Shown: in pieces, positions 1 to 8,284 of the stretch
Layout: each line of letters opens with the position of its first letter
How positions within the stretch are numbered: position 1 is the first letter of the stretch
Source: a virus
Direction: 5' to 3' (one strand)
Virus genome (UHGV): UHGV-1351768
Length of the DNA stretch: 19,042 bases
The notes under the pieces: model-generated
Database searches by the model: none
The model's input: the letters and a program-made list of their open reading frames with translations, nothing else
What the model was told of the DNA's origin: nothing
Program-made: the position numbers and the translations under genes

Positions 1-294
1 AGGCACAGATACCGTCTCTGGAGGGGCGGCGTAAAGCGGAGTTACGGTAATTTCGTACTCGTTTATATCCTCGTCGCTGATATTTGCGAAATAGCGAAGG
101 ATGCCTTTCTCTCCACGACTACGAGCGTCAGAGTCCTGAATGATATACGCCACAGGCTCTGCTTCCAGCGATGCCAGCGCAATCCGTGCCAGTTCTTCCG
201 CTTCTTCTGCTGGCAGTACAACGTTGCTACCAGGTCCGTATGTTTCGCGCCACTGCTTGATTGTCAGTAGTCGCTCTTTGGTAATAGTGATCAT
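1..294 (-). CDS. hypothetical phage early protein, partial (3' end lies beyond window start; 98 N-terminal codons present)
   Basis: Minus-strand reading frame from ATG at 294..292 (MITITKERLLTIKQWRETYGPGSNVVLPAEE...) with no stop before coordinate 1. Its ATG overlaps the stop of the upstream gene (ATGA junction). Absent from the ORF track because it is incomplete. Confidence 0.45.
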   Translation of the reverse strand, partial: MITITKERLLTIKQWRETYGPGSNVVLPAEEAEELARIALASLEAEPVAYIIQDSDARSRGEKGILRYFANISDEDINEYEITVTPLYAAPPETVSVP

Positions 295-806
295 GCCGCG
301 TTTCCTTCTTTCTTATTAACAATTACACCGTCATATATTTCATTAAGGTGCCCTCTCAACTCCATGCGCCTTAATGCAGATAACATGTAATCGCATTCAA
401 CCTGCTTATTTCCAGTAAATGGCTTATCGTCAGGATTACCCCAACAGCAATTACCCTTGGGCCACCCATGTACTTTCCGTACTCTTCCGTTAACAACGTG
501 AAGTAATCCCCAGCCAGGTGGTAAATCCTCAATTGAAATAATTCCCGGCTCACTAATAAAGAATCGCCAGTCGCCCATTCCAAGAGACGGATTTTTACGA
601 AAACGCTTTTTTCTATCTGCTAACAAGTCAGCACGAGAACACTTCGCTTCTATCAGGCATGATGCTGAATTTCTGAATCCCATAGCATCTGGCTGTTCTC
701 CGGTACTGGTTACAGCTATAAAGCGGTCATGAAAACAAACCTTGAACCCGTTGCGCTTAAGGAACTTGTACGCAATCTGACAGAGTTCGCGGTGTGTTAA
801 CGCCAT
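291..806 (-). CDS. PD-(D/E)XK nuclease superfamily-like protein (possibly MmcB-like), 171 aa
   Basis: ORF 291..887 trimmed to internal ATG at 806..804, which has SD AAAGGAGAG 6 nt upstream and lies 1 nt after the stop of the preceding gene. Motif PD(AMGF)...LIEAKCS fits the PD-x(n)-E-x-K nuclease core. Family assignment is from memory. Confidence 0.55.
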   Translation of the reverse strand: MALTHRELCQIAYKFLKRNGFKVCFHDRFIAVTSTGEQPDAMGFRNSASCLIEAKCSRADLLADRKKRFRKNPSLGMGDWRFFISEPGIISIEDLPPGWGLLHVVNGRVRKVHGWPKGNCCWGNPDDKPFTGNKQVECDYMLSALRRMELRGHLNEIYDGVIVNKKEGNAA

Positions 807-807
807 A

Positions 808-1233
808 TCACTCTCCTTTAATGCGAATGCCAGCGACGCGTGGCACATTAACTTCCACAATGCGCACAGTTGGTTTGTACATCTCAATTGCTGTCAGCCA
901 GTCAGCTCCTGTCATGTGCTTTTCTGCATCGCCATTAGTCCACTGAACCGGTACACCAATAGCCTTCATCGCGATTTCTATTTCCCCGGCAATGGCGCTT
1001 TTTCCGCAACCAGTAAAACCAGAAACAACGACAAGAACTTCACCTTTGGCTGGTTTTATTTCCCGAGCTTCCAGTTCTGCAATGCGCTTTTTGTCTGCTT
1101 CCCGTTCATCCAGTAGTGCCAGCACAACCTGAGGTGTGACTTTCATACGAAATGCCAGCAATTTTTGAGGCGTTGCTACTGTTTCAATTGCTACTGCCGC
1201 CTCACGCAGTGCCTGATAGTTAATTTTGCTCAC
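808..1233 (-). CDS. hypothetical phage protein with Walker A-like motif (GFTGCGKS), 141 aa
   Basis: ORF 808..1254; preferred start is GTG at 1233..1231, preceded by SD AAGGAGG with 6-nt spacer, and overlapping the stop of the upstream 55-codon ORF (GTGA). Contains [16 protein letters not shown], but only about 60 aa follow, too short for a complete P-loop NTPase domain. Confidence 0.5.
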   Translation of the reverse strand: MSKINYQALREAAVAIETVATPQKLLAFRMKVTPQVVLALLDEREADKKRIAELEAREIKPAKGEVLVVVSGFTGCGKSAIAGEIEIAMKAIGVPVQWTNGDAEKHMTGADWLTAIEMYKPTVRIVEVNVPRVAGIRIKGE

Positions 1234-1397
1234 TGGTTGCCTCCTTTGCGCCACATCGCATTCAGATATTTGTTGTCATTAACAGAACCGAAACTATTTC
1301 TCTTAAGCAATTCCTCTCTCGATGGCATTGGCTTTACGCGCTGGCGAATAATCATTTCTGCCGGAAGAATGCCGGGATTGTATGCAAGTCCTCTCAT
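1230..1397 (-). CDS. small hypothetical protein, 55 aa ([55 protein letters not shown])
   Basis: Below the length cut-off of the ORF track. ATG at 1397..1395 overlaps the stop of the upstream gene (ATGA); SD GGAGAG 7 nt upstream; its stop overlaps the GTG start of the downstream gene. It fills an otherwise unexplained 140-bp gap. Confidence 0.35.
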   Translation of the reverse strand: MRGLAYNPGILPAEMIIRQRVKPMPSREELLKRNSFGSVNDNKYLNAMWRKGGNQ

Positions 1398-1675
1398 GAT
1401 TTACTCTCCACGAACTGGTCAATAGCCATGCTAAGTGACACACCTAAAGTCTCGATATGCTGCTGAATATCCTGTAGCGTCTGCGCCTGAGATAACAGGA
1501 TTTCACGGTTGCATAACTCTTTAACCAGATGCTCAAACTTGCTGTAATAACCGATACGACTTAGTGTTTCTTTCCCTGCATTCTCGCCTTCTTTGATAAT
1601 TCCTCTTTCGCTAAGAATCAGATCTTGTTTGGTTCCGGTAATAACGTATTTGCCGAGGTCGATGTTTAGCTTCAT
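1394..1675 (-). CDS. hypothetical phage protein, 93 aa
   Basis: Complete ORF co-oriented with the early-left operon; ATG at 1675 with GGAG upstream; tightly packed with neighbours. Confidence 0.5.
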   Translation of the reverse strand: MKLNIDLGKYVITGTKQDLILSERGIIKEGENAGKETLSRIGYYSKFEHLVKELCNREILLSQAQTLQDIQQHIETLGVSLSMAIDQFVESKS

Positions 1676-1691
1676 TGTTAATTACTCCATG

Positions 1692-2006
1692 TTAATTTAT
1701 TTGTATGCCTGCTCTTTCTTCATCGAGTTTTTTTAGCTTGTATCGCATAGCTCTTACTGAATAAATTGAGCGGCAGGTTGCAATTGCTATTTCTTCTGCG
1801 GAGAACTTACCGAAAAGTGATACTTCGGCTCTTGTCCAGCGTCTTCCACGAAGTCGGCTAACAATGTCAGCGCCAATCCTTGTTGCTTTCGCCATAACTG
1901 CTTTTTCAGTCCTTTCCAGTTTTTCAGCGATAACTTCAACTGGCATTGTCGCCGCTACTTCGCGCAAGAAATCGACTTCCCATTTCTCCCATGGAGTCTT
2001 TTTCAT
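1692..2006 (-). CDS. hypothetical phage protein, 104 aa, with two tandem W-x-E-(F/L) repeats (possible small DNA-binding protein)
   Basis: Complete ORF with ATG at 2006, 11 nt downstream of the preceding stop. Internal repeat WEKWEVDFLREVA... / RRWTRAEVSLFGKFSAEEIA... is suggestive of paired helix-turn-helix-like units (inference only). Confidence 0.45.
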   Translation of the reverse strand: MKKTPWEKWEVDFLREVAATMPVEVIAEKLERTEKAVMAKATRIGADIVSRLRGRRWTRAEVSLFGKFSAEEIAIATCRSIYSVRAMRYKLKKLDEERAGIQIN

Positions 2007-2017
2007 AGGCGATACCG

Positions 2018-2500
2018 TTATTTGATAAGAAGTGAAGGTTTCCCAACTTTGAGTTGAGCGCCTGGGATATTTATTCCTGCTTTTAGTTGGTGCTTGATTG
2101 CCAACTTGTCGGCTTTAATTGTCGTTTCGAACTCAACGTATTCAGGAGGAAGGGCGCTTGAGTCGATGATTTCTACAGTTTCTGACGGTTTGCGGATTGT
2201 TACCTGGTGAATACCTGCTCGAATATTTTTCTTGCCAACCATTTCAAGCGATGACGCTATATATGATTTGATGCTGTCAATCTTATTTTGAATTACTGCG
2301 GCTCGCTCATTTAGTGACTTTGCCTCTTCCTTGAGGCGCTCAGCATAACCAGATTCATTTTTGATGACGGAAAGAAGTTGCTCTATTTTATCGGTAAATT
2401 CTCCTTCCATGCCTTCTATTGTGTCAGCAATCATCTCTGGCTCTAAATCTGAATCCATCAATTTTGCGTATTCATTGGCTATTTCATACAGTTTGCTCAC
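2018..2500 (-). CDS. Siphovirus Gp157-family protein (recombination-module accessory protein), about 160 aa
   Basis: ORF 2018..2506; preferred start is GTG at 2500..2498 with SD GGAGG and 6-nt spacer. Sequence pattern LYEI..EY...EAI.GE...LKEEAK.L.ERA...IRKP.ETVEI.D...LPPEY...KLAIK..LKAG..IPGA matches my memory of the Gp157 family, which typically sits next to RecT/Sak genes. Confidence 0.6.
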   Translation of the reverse strand: MSKLYEIANEYAKLMDSDLEPEMIADTIEGMEGEFTDKIEQLLSVIKNESGYAERLKEEAKSLNERAAVIQNKIDSIKSYIASSLEMVGKKNIRAGIHQVTIRKPSETVEIIDSSALPPEYVEFETTIKADKLAIKHQLKAGINIPGAQLKVGKPSLLIK

Positions 2501-3387
2501 TGGCAACCTCCAGTTTCGCTTTGCATTCTATGTAAATGGCTTGTACGTTCTGCTGCAATTTCATTCCAGATGTCAGGCGATATGCTTCTGCAAAATATCG
2601 CTTCAAATCATCCATGTTTTCTGCCTGAGCCATTTCATCACAAAGAAGTTGTGCTTTTTCCATTATTTCCTGCTGGCGTTTCCGTTCATCTTCGCGGATA
2701 TCTTCCTCTGATTTGTGCGGCATAACTGGTTCCTGATGCATACCTTCATCTTCGTTAAGCAGGTGAATGGCATTATCCAGTCGCTGGGCTTTAGGCCAGT
2801 ATTTGCTGGCGCGTTTAACTATTGTTTTACGCGCCATCTCTTCCCAGAATGTTTTCCACGGTCCATTCTTTGCCTTGCTCGTTGCTTCCACAGCTTTAAT
2901 TTCTGCCAGACTCATTTCTTCAGTCAGGTAGTCACCATCTGCTGTTTTAACCGTGCAATAACCTCCAACAATAGAGCCTCGCTCACCAAATGCGTTGTAT
3001 TTGTGGGTTGGTGCTGAATCAAGGCCATTTGATTCATAGGTGTCGTTTGAGTACACCAGTTTGCATTGCCCCCACTTAATTGATCCTGTCGATTGTGCAA
3101 GATGAAGTAATCCCATGTAACTGATATCAAGGCACACCATGCCGTCGCGAGGAACCAGATAAGCCAGTTTGCTGGCCGGGTTTAAGGTGATGCCGATCGC
3201 CGCAACGTTGATGATAGCGTTCTGTGCGCGTGGTCGGATTTGCCAGTGCCGTTTTAGCCAGGTAATCATTTTTCTGGAAATACTGAATTGCAAACTGGCT
3301 TTCCTTAGCCCATGTCACCGTCTGTTCAGTCAATGCTCCGCAGAATAACTGCTCCTGCTGTTTAACGAATTCAACGATATTGCTCAT
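2484..3387 (-). pseudogene. recT: RecT-family single-strand annealing recombinase, interrupted by an apparent +1 frameshift (or sequencing indel) near 3225-3235
   Basis: C-terminal 247 codons in ORF 2484..3293 contain the RecT core (NGPWKTFWEEMARKTIVKRASKYWP, compare E. coli RecT NGPWVTHWEEMAKKTAIRRLFKYLP). The N-terminal 56 codons lie in a different frame (ORF 3127..3387, ATG at 3387 overlapping the upstream stop) and align with the RecT N-terminus (..KTALANPTT). The two frames can be joined by removing one base in ccgaccacgcgcacag (minus strand). Confidence 0.6.
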
Positions 3388-3695
3388 GCAGCTTCTCCAT
3401 AAATATGTCTGCGTTTGAATATTGCGAAGGCATATTCAGCCTTAACTCTTTCGGTTATTGCATCCCAGAACCATTCAGCGGATTTTTCCTGATAGTTACA
3501 GTCATCATCTTCCAGCCAGTCGATAGCGTCCTTAGTGTGTTCATCTGGTTTATATGAGCGAAGCATTTCGCTTATTGGGTCGCAACGTTTGCAGAGGCGA
3601 TCAACTTCACTGTTGATTCGCTCGTAATCTTCATCAGTAAAACTTGCGATTATTTGCGATATTTCACGCTTATCATTCAGAGTCAGAATCATCAT
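3384..3695 (-). CDS. hypothetical acidic early protein, 103 aa
   Basis: Complete ORF; ATG at 3695 with SD AGGAG inside the 3' end of the upstream micro-ORF; stop overlaps the recT ATG (ATGA). About 24 D/E versus 15 K/R by my count. Confidence 0.5.
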   Translation of the reverse strand: MMILTLNDKREISQIIASFTDEDYERINSEVDRLCKRCDPISEMLRSYKPDEHTKDAIDWLEDDDCNYQEKSAEWFWDAITERVKAEYAFAIFKRRHIYGEAA

Positions 3696-3780
3696 CTTTC
3701 TCCTGTTCTTTGTGCTGATTGAGCATTTCTTTCATCTGACGAATGAATTCTTCGTCTGACCAGTTATCTGTAAAACTCAT
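3673..3780 (-). CDS. micro-ORF, 35 aa (MSFTDNWSDEEFIRQMKEMLNQHKEQEKDDDSDSE), in the position where lambdoid phages carry kil-like small genes
   Basis: ATG at 3780..3778 overlaps the stop of the upstream 56-aa ORF (ATGA). Below the ORF-track cut-off; weak SD. Supported mainly by translational coupling. Confidence 0.25.
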   Translation of the reverse strand: MSFTDNWSDEEFIRQMKEMLNQHKEQEKDDDSDSE

Positions 3781-3947
3781 GGACGGCCTTGTTGTTTCAA
3801 AATATCCCAAAGCTTTTCGAGCAAGCTTTTCATTCTTGGTTGTTTAAAGTCTGCTCCGGTTAAAATATTTTTTCGTGAATGCTGTACCGATAAAATCGGG
3901 TTGAAAGGGCGAACCGATGCCGCCCCTGCAATAGCGAACTGTTGCAT
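3777..3947 (-). CDS. small protein, 56 aa, possibly cIII-like (FtsH inhibitor); begins MQQFAIAG and contains LWDILKQQG
   Basis: ATG at 3947..3945 with SD AAGGAG and 6-nt spacer. N-terminus and a central motif resemble lambda CIII (MQYAIAG...LIDILNQPG) as I remember it. Position in the early-left operon is appropriate. Confidence 0.4.
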   Translation of the reverse strand: MQQFAIAGAASVRPFNPILSVQHSRKNILTGADFKQPRMKSLLEKLWDILKQQGRP

Positions 3948-4022
3948 AGGATGCTCCTTCTGTTTGATTGCATAACGAAAACGCCTCGAGTGAAGCGTTA
4001 TTGGTATGCGGTAAAGCCGCGC

Positions 4023-4334
4023 TTAGGCGGCTGATGTTTCTTCTTTCAGGCTTTCGAGATATTTACGTGGGTCGTCGTAACATTGGCATTCGCTATACCA
4101 ATCCACCCAGCGATCAGTAAGCCCCATATCTGATAAATCTTCATCGGTAAGGCTCTCATCCCACATCTCAAGGCCGTTAGCATTGCAGTAATCAGGCTTG
4201 ATGTTGTTGTCATACTGAAAGGCGTCATAATCAGTCAGTGCGTCCATCAGGCGAACACCCTCTTCAACACTTGCCACTTCTACAATGAACGGCTTCATAG
4301 GTACTTGCGGGATATGCCAGACACGTAATTTCAT
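4023..4334 (-). CDS. hypothetical strongly acidic early protein, 103 aa (candidate DNA-mimic or anti-restriction-type protein)
   Basis: ORF 4023..4388 trimmed to ATG at 4334, preceded by SD GGAGG. About 23 D/E versus 9 K/R by my count; ends ...EETSAA. Confidence 0.5.
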   Translation of the reverse strand: MKLRVWHIPQVPMKPFIVEVASVEEGVRLMDALTDYDAFQYDNNIKPDYCNANGLEMWDESLTDEDLSDMGLTDRWVDWYSECQCYDDPRKYLESLKEETSAA

Positions 4335-4501
4335 ATATCCTCCGTCAAAAAAATTGCCCTCACACTGGAGGGCAAAGAAGATTTCCAATAATCAGAACAA
4401 GTCAGCTCCTGTTTAGTTACGAGCGACATTGCTCCGTGTATTCACTCGTTGGAATGAATACACAGTGCCGTGTTTATTCTGTTGTTATTTCCAAAGTGAA
4501 T

Positions 4502-4771
4502 TTAATCAGCAATAAAATCTTCTGGTAATTTATCAACCAGTTGATGGCTTATTATCAGCCATTTGCCATCCTTCGTTCCGTATGCGTATTTCTGGTCTTT
4601 TATCATCAGGTGTTCAGCTACTGCCTTAACTGCCTGTTCGGTGACATCTTCTTTCTTTCCTACCCACATTCCTTTTTCAGTGTTTAATGTTCCTTGAAAA
4701 ATACGACCGCTTAATGGGCTTGCGCCCATGGTTTTAATTTCATATAGCACCTTAAAAATAAAGGCCACCAT
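4502..4771 (-). CDS. hypothetical phage early protein, 89 aa
   Basis: Complete ORF; ATG at 4771..4769 overlaps the stop of the upstream IS1-interrupted gene (TGATG). Confidence 0.45.
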   Translation of the reverse strand: MVAFIFKVLYEIKTMGASPLSGRIFQGTLNTEKGMWVGKKEDVTEQAVKAVAEHLMIKDQKYAYGTKDGKWLIISHQLVDKLPEDFIAD

Positions 4772-5058
4772 CAGGCAGCCTTGTTGTAAATGTTGCAGGT
4801 ATCAAGTAAGTAATTAGATGGAGCGCCATAAATTATGAATTCATCGTTTGTCGGGTCCATCTCCATCTCTTGGCCTATTGCCATTCTTGCGTCAGTGTCG
4901 TCAGCGGCGAAGCATAAAACAGCCCACGCCCCCATTGTTTTAAAAAGAACTGCAATTGGCTGTGGTTTTACTGAATTTGCGTTAGCGCGAAAATCATAAA
5001 TCGGGTAATGCTGCCAACTTACTGATTTAGTGTATGATGGTGATTTTAAGGTGCTTGC

Positions 5059-5334
5059 GTGGCTTCCATTTCCATCAGATGTCCTTCCTGCTCCGCTACT
5101 GAAGGCGTGGTGCGTAACGGCAAAAGCACTGCCGGACATCAGCGCTATCTCTGCTCTCATTGCCGTAAAACATGGCAACTACAGTTCACTTACACCGCCT
5201 CTCAGCACGATAAGCACCAGAAAATCATTGATATGGCCATGAATGGCGTCGGATGTCGCGCCAGTGCACGCATTATGGGCGTTGGCCTCAACACGGTTTT
5301 ACGTCACTTAAAAAACTCAGGCCGCAGTCGGTAA
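5059..5334 (+). CDS. insA: IS1 InsA (transposition inhibitor / N-terminal part of the InsAB' transposase), 91 aa
   Basis: ORF-track protein [43 protein letters not shown]... matches IS1 InsA; correct size and position within the element. Confidence 0.9.
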   Translation: MASISIRCPSCSATEGVVRNGKSTAGHQRYLCSHCRKTWQLQFTYTASQHDKHQKIIDMAMNGVGCRASARIMGVGLNTVLRHLKNSGRSR

Positions 5335-5756
5335 CCTCGCGCATACAGCCGGGCAGTGACGTCATCGTCTGCGCGGAAATGGACGAACAGTGGGGCTACG
5401 TCGGTGCTAAATCACGTCAGCGCTGGCTGTTTTACGCGTATGACAGGATACGGAGGACAGTTGTGGCGCACGTTTTCGGTGAACGCACTCTGGCCACACT
5501 GGAGCGTCTTCTGAGCCTGCTGTCGGCCTTTGAGGTCGTGGTATGGATGACGGATGGCTGGCCGCTGTATGAATCACGCCTGAAGGGAAAGCTGCACGTT
5601 ATCAGCAAGCGTTACACTCAGCGCATTGAGCGACATAATCTGAATCTGAGACAACATCTGGCAAGGCTGGGACGGAAGTCGCTGTCGTTCTCAAAATCGG
5701 TGGAGCTGCATGACAAGGTCATCGGGCATTATCTGAACATAAAACACTATCAGTAA
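5253..5756 (+). CDS. insB: IS1 InsB reading frame, 167 aa (expressed as InsAB' by -1 frameshift at the A6C motif near 5310..5316)
   Basis: ORF-track protein ...[22 protein letters not shown]...[52 protein letters not shown]... matches IS1 InsB; slippery TTAAAAAACTC is present in the insA/insB overlap. Confidence 0.85.
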   Translation: MSRQCTHYGRWPQHGFTSLKKLRPQSVTSRIQPGSDVIVCAEMDEQWGYVGAKSRQRWLFYAYDRIRRTVVAHVFGERTLATLERLLSLLSAFEVVVWMTDGWPLYESRLKGKLHVISKRYTQRIERHNLNLRQHLARLGRKSLSFSKSVELHDKVIGHYLNIKHYQ

Positions 5757-5801
5757 GTTGGAGTCATTACCATAAATCGCACTTTCATGAAATCCCATAT
5801 A

Positions 5802-6134
5802 TCACCCCTCATACAGTGGTTTGCTGCCTAATTTCATTTTCTGGCGACCAACACAAGTCACCCCCATTTCACTGCGTGGCTTGCTGTACCATGTGCGCTG
5901 ATTCTTGCGCTCAATACGCTGCAGGTTGCTTTCAATCTGTTCGTGGTATTCAGCCAGCACTGTAAGGTCTATCGGATTCAGTGCGCTTTCTACTCGTGAT
6001 TTCGGTTTGCGATTCAGCGAGAGAATAGGGCGGTTAACTGGTTTTGCGCTTACCCCAACCAACAGGGGATTTGCTGCTTTCCATTGAGCCTGTTTCTCTG
6101 CGCGACGTTCGCGGCGGCGTGTTTGTGCATCCAT
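5802..6134 (-). CDS. N: antitermination protein N (lambda-type), 110 aa
   Basis: ORF 5802..6185 trimmed to ATG at 6134 (SD AGGAG). Begins MDAQTRRRERRAEKQAQWKAANPLLVGVSAKPVNRPILSLNRKPKSRVESALNPIDLTVLAEYH, i.e. the lambda N arginine-rich motif and body. Confidence 0.85.
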   Translation of the reverse strand: MDAQTRRRERRAEKQAQWKAANPLLVGVSAKPVNRPILSLNRKPKSRVESALNPIDLTVLAEYHEQIESNLQRIERKNQRTWYSKPRSEMGVTCVGRQKMKLGSKPLYEG

Positions 6135-6306
6135 CTGGATTCTCCTGTCAGTTAGCTTTGGTGGTGTGGTAGGTGGGAGACCCATTTCGACCTGCTTCGG
6201 CCGACTTCAATTCGGCAATAGTTCCGCAGGCCTCGCCGCTTTACGTGCGACATATTCCCATCCATGAACCCTTCACCACACCCCAAAGCCTTCTGCTTTG
6301 AATGCT

Positions 6307-6337
6307 GCCCTTCTTCAGGGCTTAATTTTTAAGAGCA
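6307..6337 (-). promoter_or_regulatory. nutL (boxB GCCCTGAAGAAGGGC at 6307..6321, boxA-like TGCTCTTAA at 6329..6337, read on the minus strand)
   Basis: Reverse complement reads TGCTCTTAAAAATTAAGCCCTGAAGAAGGGC, matching the lambda nutL boxA/boxB arrangement in the N leader. Confidence 0.75.
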
Positions 6338-6381
6338 TCACCTTCATGGTGGTTAGTGCGTCCTGCTGATGGCTTAAAATT

Positions 6382-6449
6382 ACAATAAAGATTGTATGCT
6401 GTAAACAAGAAATATTGTAAAAAGGGGCGTGAAAAACAAACTCCATTGT
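6382..6449 (-). promoter_or_regulatory. OL operator region with pL: three 14-bp ACAA-N6-TTGT operators of 434 type
   Basis: ACAATAAAGATTGT at 6382..6395, ACAAGAAATATTGT at 6405..6418 and ACAAACTCCATTGT at 6436..6449; these share the ACAA...TTGT half-sites of the OR operators. A -35-like TTTACA is on the minus strand between them. The exact pL hexamers are not resolved. Confidence 0.65.
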
Positions 6450-6499
6450 TTTTAAACGGAAAATAGTTTGTTTTTTGGTTATCGAAATCGAGGTGAGGA

Positions 6500-7852
<1,353 letters not shown>

Positions 7853-7860
7853 GACATTCC

Positions 7861-7892
7861 CGCTCTTACACATCCCCGCCCTGAAAAAGGGC
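7861..7892 (+). promoter_or_regulatory. nutR (boxA CGCTCTTACA 7861..7870, boxB GCCCTGAAAAAGGGC 7878..7892)
   Basis: Canonical lambda-type boxA and boxB hairpin immediately downstream of cro. Confidence 0.8.
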
Positions 7893-7968
7893 ATTACCAG
7901 AAAAAAATCTCTATGGTTTTGCGTTTCTTTGCGAAGCCAACTCTATCTAATCATTAAGGAAATTATCT

Positions 7969-8250
7969 ATGGGTACTATTGCAACTAAAAGCAAGAAAGC
8001 GGCTCGCATCGAGTCAGCCTTGCTGAACAAACTGGCACTGATGGGGCAGAAGACATTCGCTCGAGCGATGGGGGTTCCTGAATATCAGGTAAGCCGATGG
8101 AAGAATGGTTTCTTCTCGCAGGTAAGCATGATGCTGGCTGTTCTGGAATACGGAATCGAAGACGATGAAATGGCTGAGCTGACTAAGCGGCTTGCCAATT
8201 ACCTGACAAAAGAAAAAGCCCCGAAGAACGGCGAATTCTTCGAGGCCTGA
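7969..8250 (+). CDS. cII: CII-like transcriptional activator, 93 aa
   Basis: SD AAGGAA before ATG at 7969. Motifs ARIESALLNKLALMG...SRWK...MLAVLEYG..DDEMAEL parallel lambda CII (ALRIESALLNKIAMLG...SRWK...MLLAVLEWG). Confidence 0.8.
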   Translation: MGTIATKSKKAARIESALLNKLALMGQKTFARAMGVPEYQVSRWKNGFFSQVSMMLAVLEYGIEDDEMAELTKRLANYLTKEKAPKNGEFFEA

Positions 8251-8284
8251 TGTAGAAAGACTGGATCAATCCACAGGAGTAATT

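Larger units (their letters stand above)
5004..5771 (+). mobile_element. IS1-family insertion sequence (768 bp) with flanking 8-9 bp target-site duplication
   Basis: Left end GGTAATGCTGCCAACTTACTGATTTAGTGTATGATGGTG and right end ...CAGTAAGTTGGAGTCATTACC are IS1 terminal inverted repeats (variant isoform). It contains insA and insB. Direct repeat ATAAATCG at 4996..5003 and 5772..5779. Confidence 0.9.
4771..5798 (-). pseudogene. early-left gene (83 codons when restored) split by an IS1 insertion: C-terminal part 4771..5003, N-terminal part 5780..5798
   Basis: Removing IS1 and one copy of the target duplication restores an in-frame ORF MGFHESAIYDFRANANSVKPQPIAVLFKTMGAWAVLCFAADDTDARMAIGQEMEMDPTNDEFIIYGAPSNYLLDTCNIYNKAA. 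Its ATG at 5798..5796 has SD GAGGGG and lies just after the N stop. As it stands, the reading frame runs into the IS1 end. Confidence 0.6.

Noticed and set aside
808-1233. Calling the Walker A-motif protein a complete P-loop ATPase
   Set aside because: Only about 60 residues follow the motif and no Walker B is evident; kept as a motif-level observation.
4771-5798. Identification of the IS1-interrupted gene as lambda ral
   Set aside because: It occupies the ral position and ends in NKAA like Ral, but the rest of the restored 83-aa sequence does not resemble Ral as I remember it; left as hypothetical.
5802-6185. Extended N-termini suggested by the ORF track for N (start 6185), cro (7505), ninB (10808), the rex-slot secreted protein (6976), the acidic protein (4388), the PD-(D/E)XK protein (887) and Rha (16155)
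   Set aside because: Internal start codons carry much better Shine-Dalgarno sequences, coincide with known protein N-termini (N, Cro, NinB) or with stop/start overlaps, and the extensions would run through operators or nut sites.
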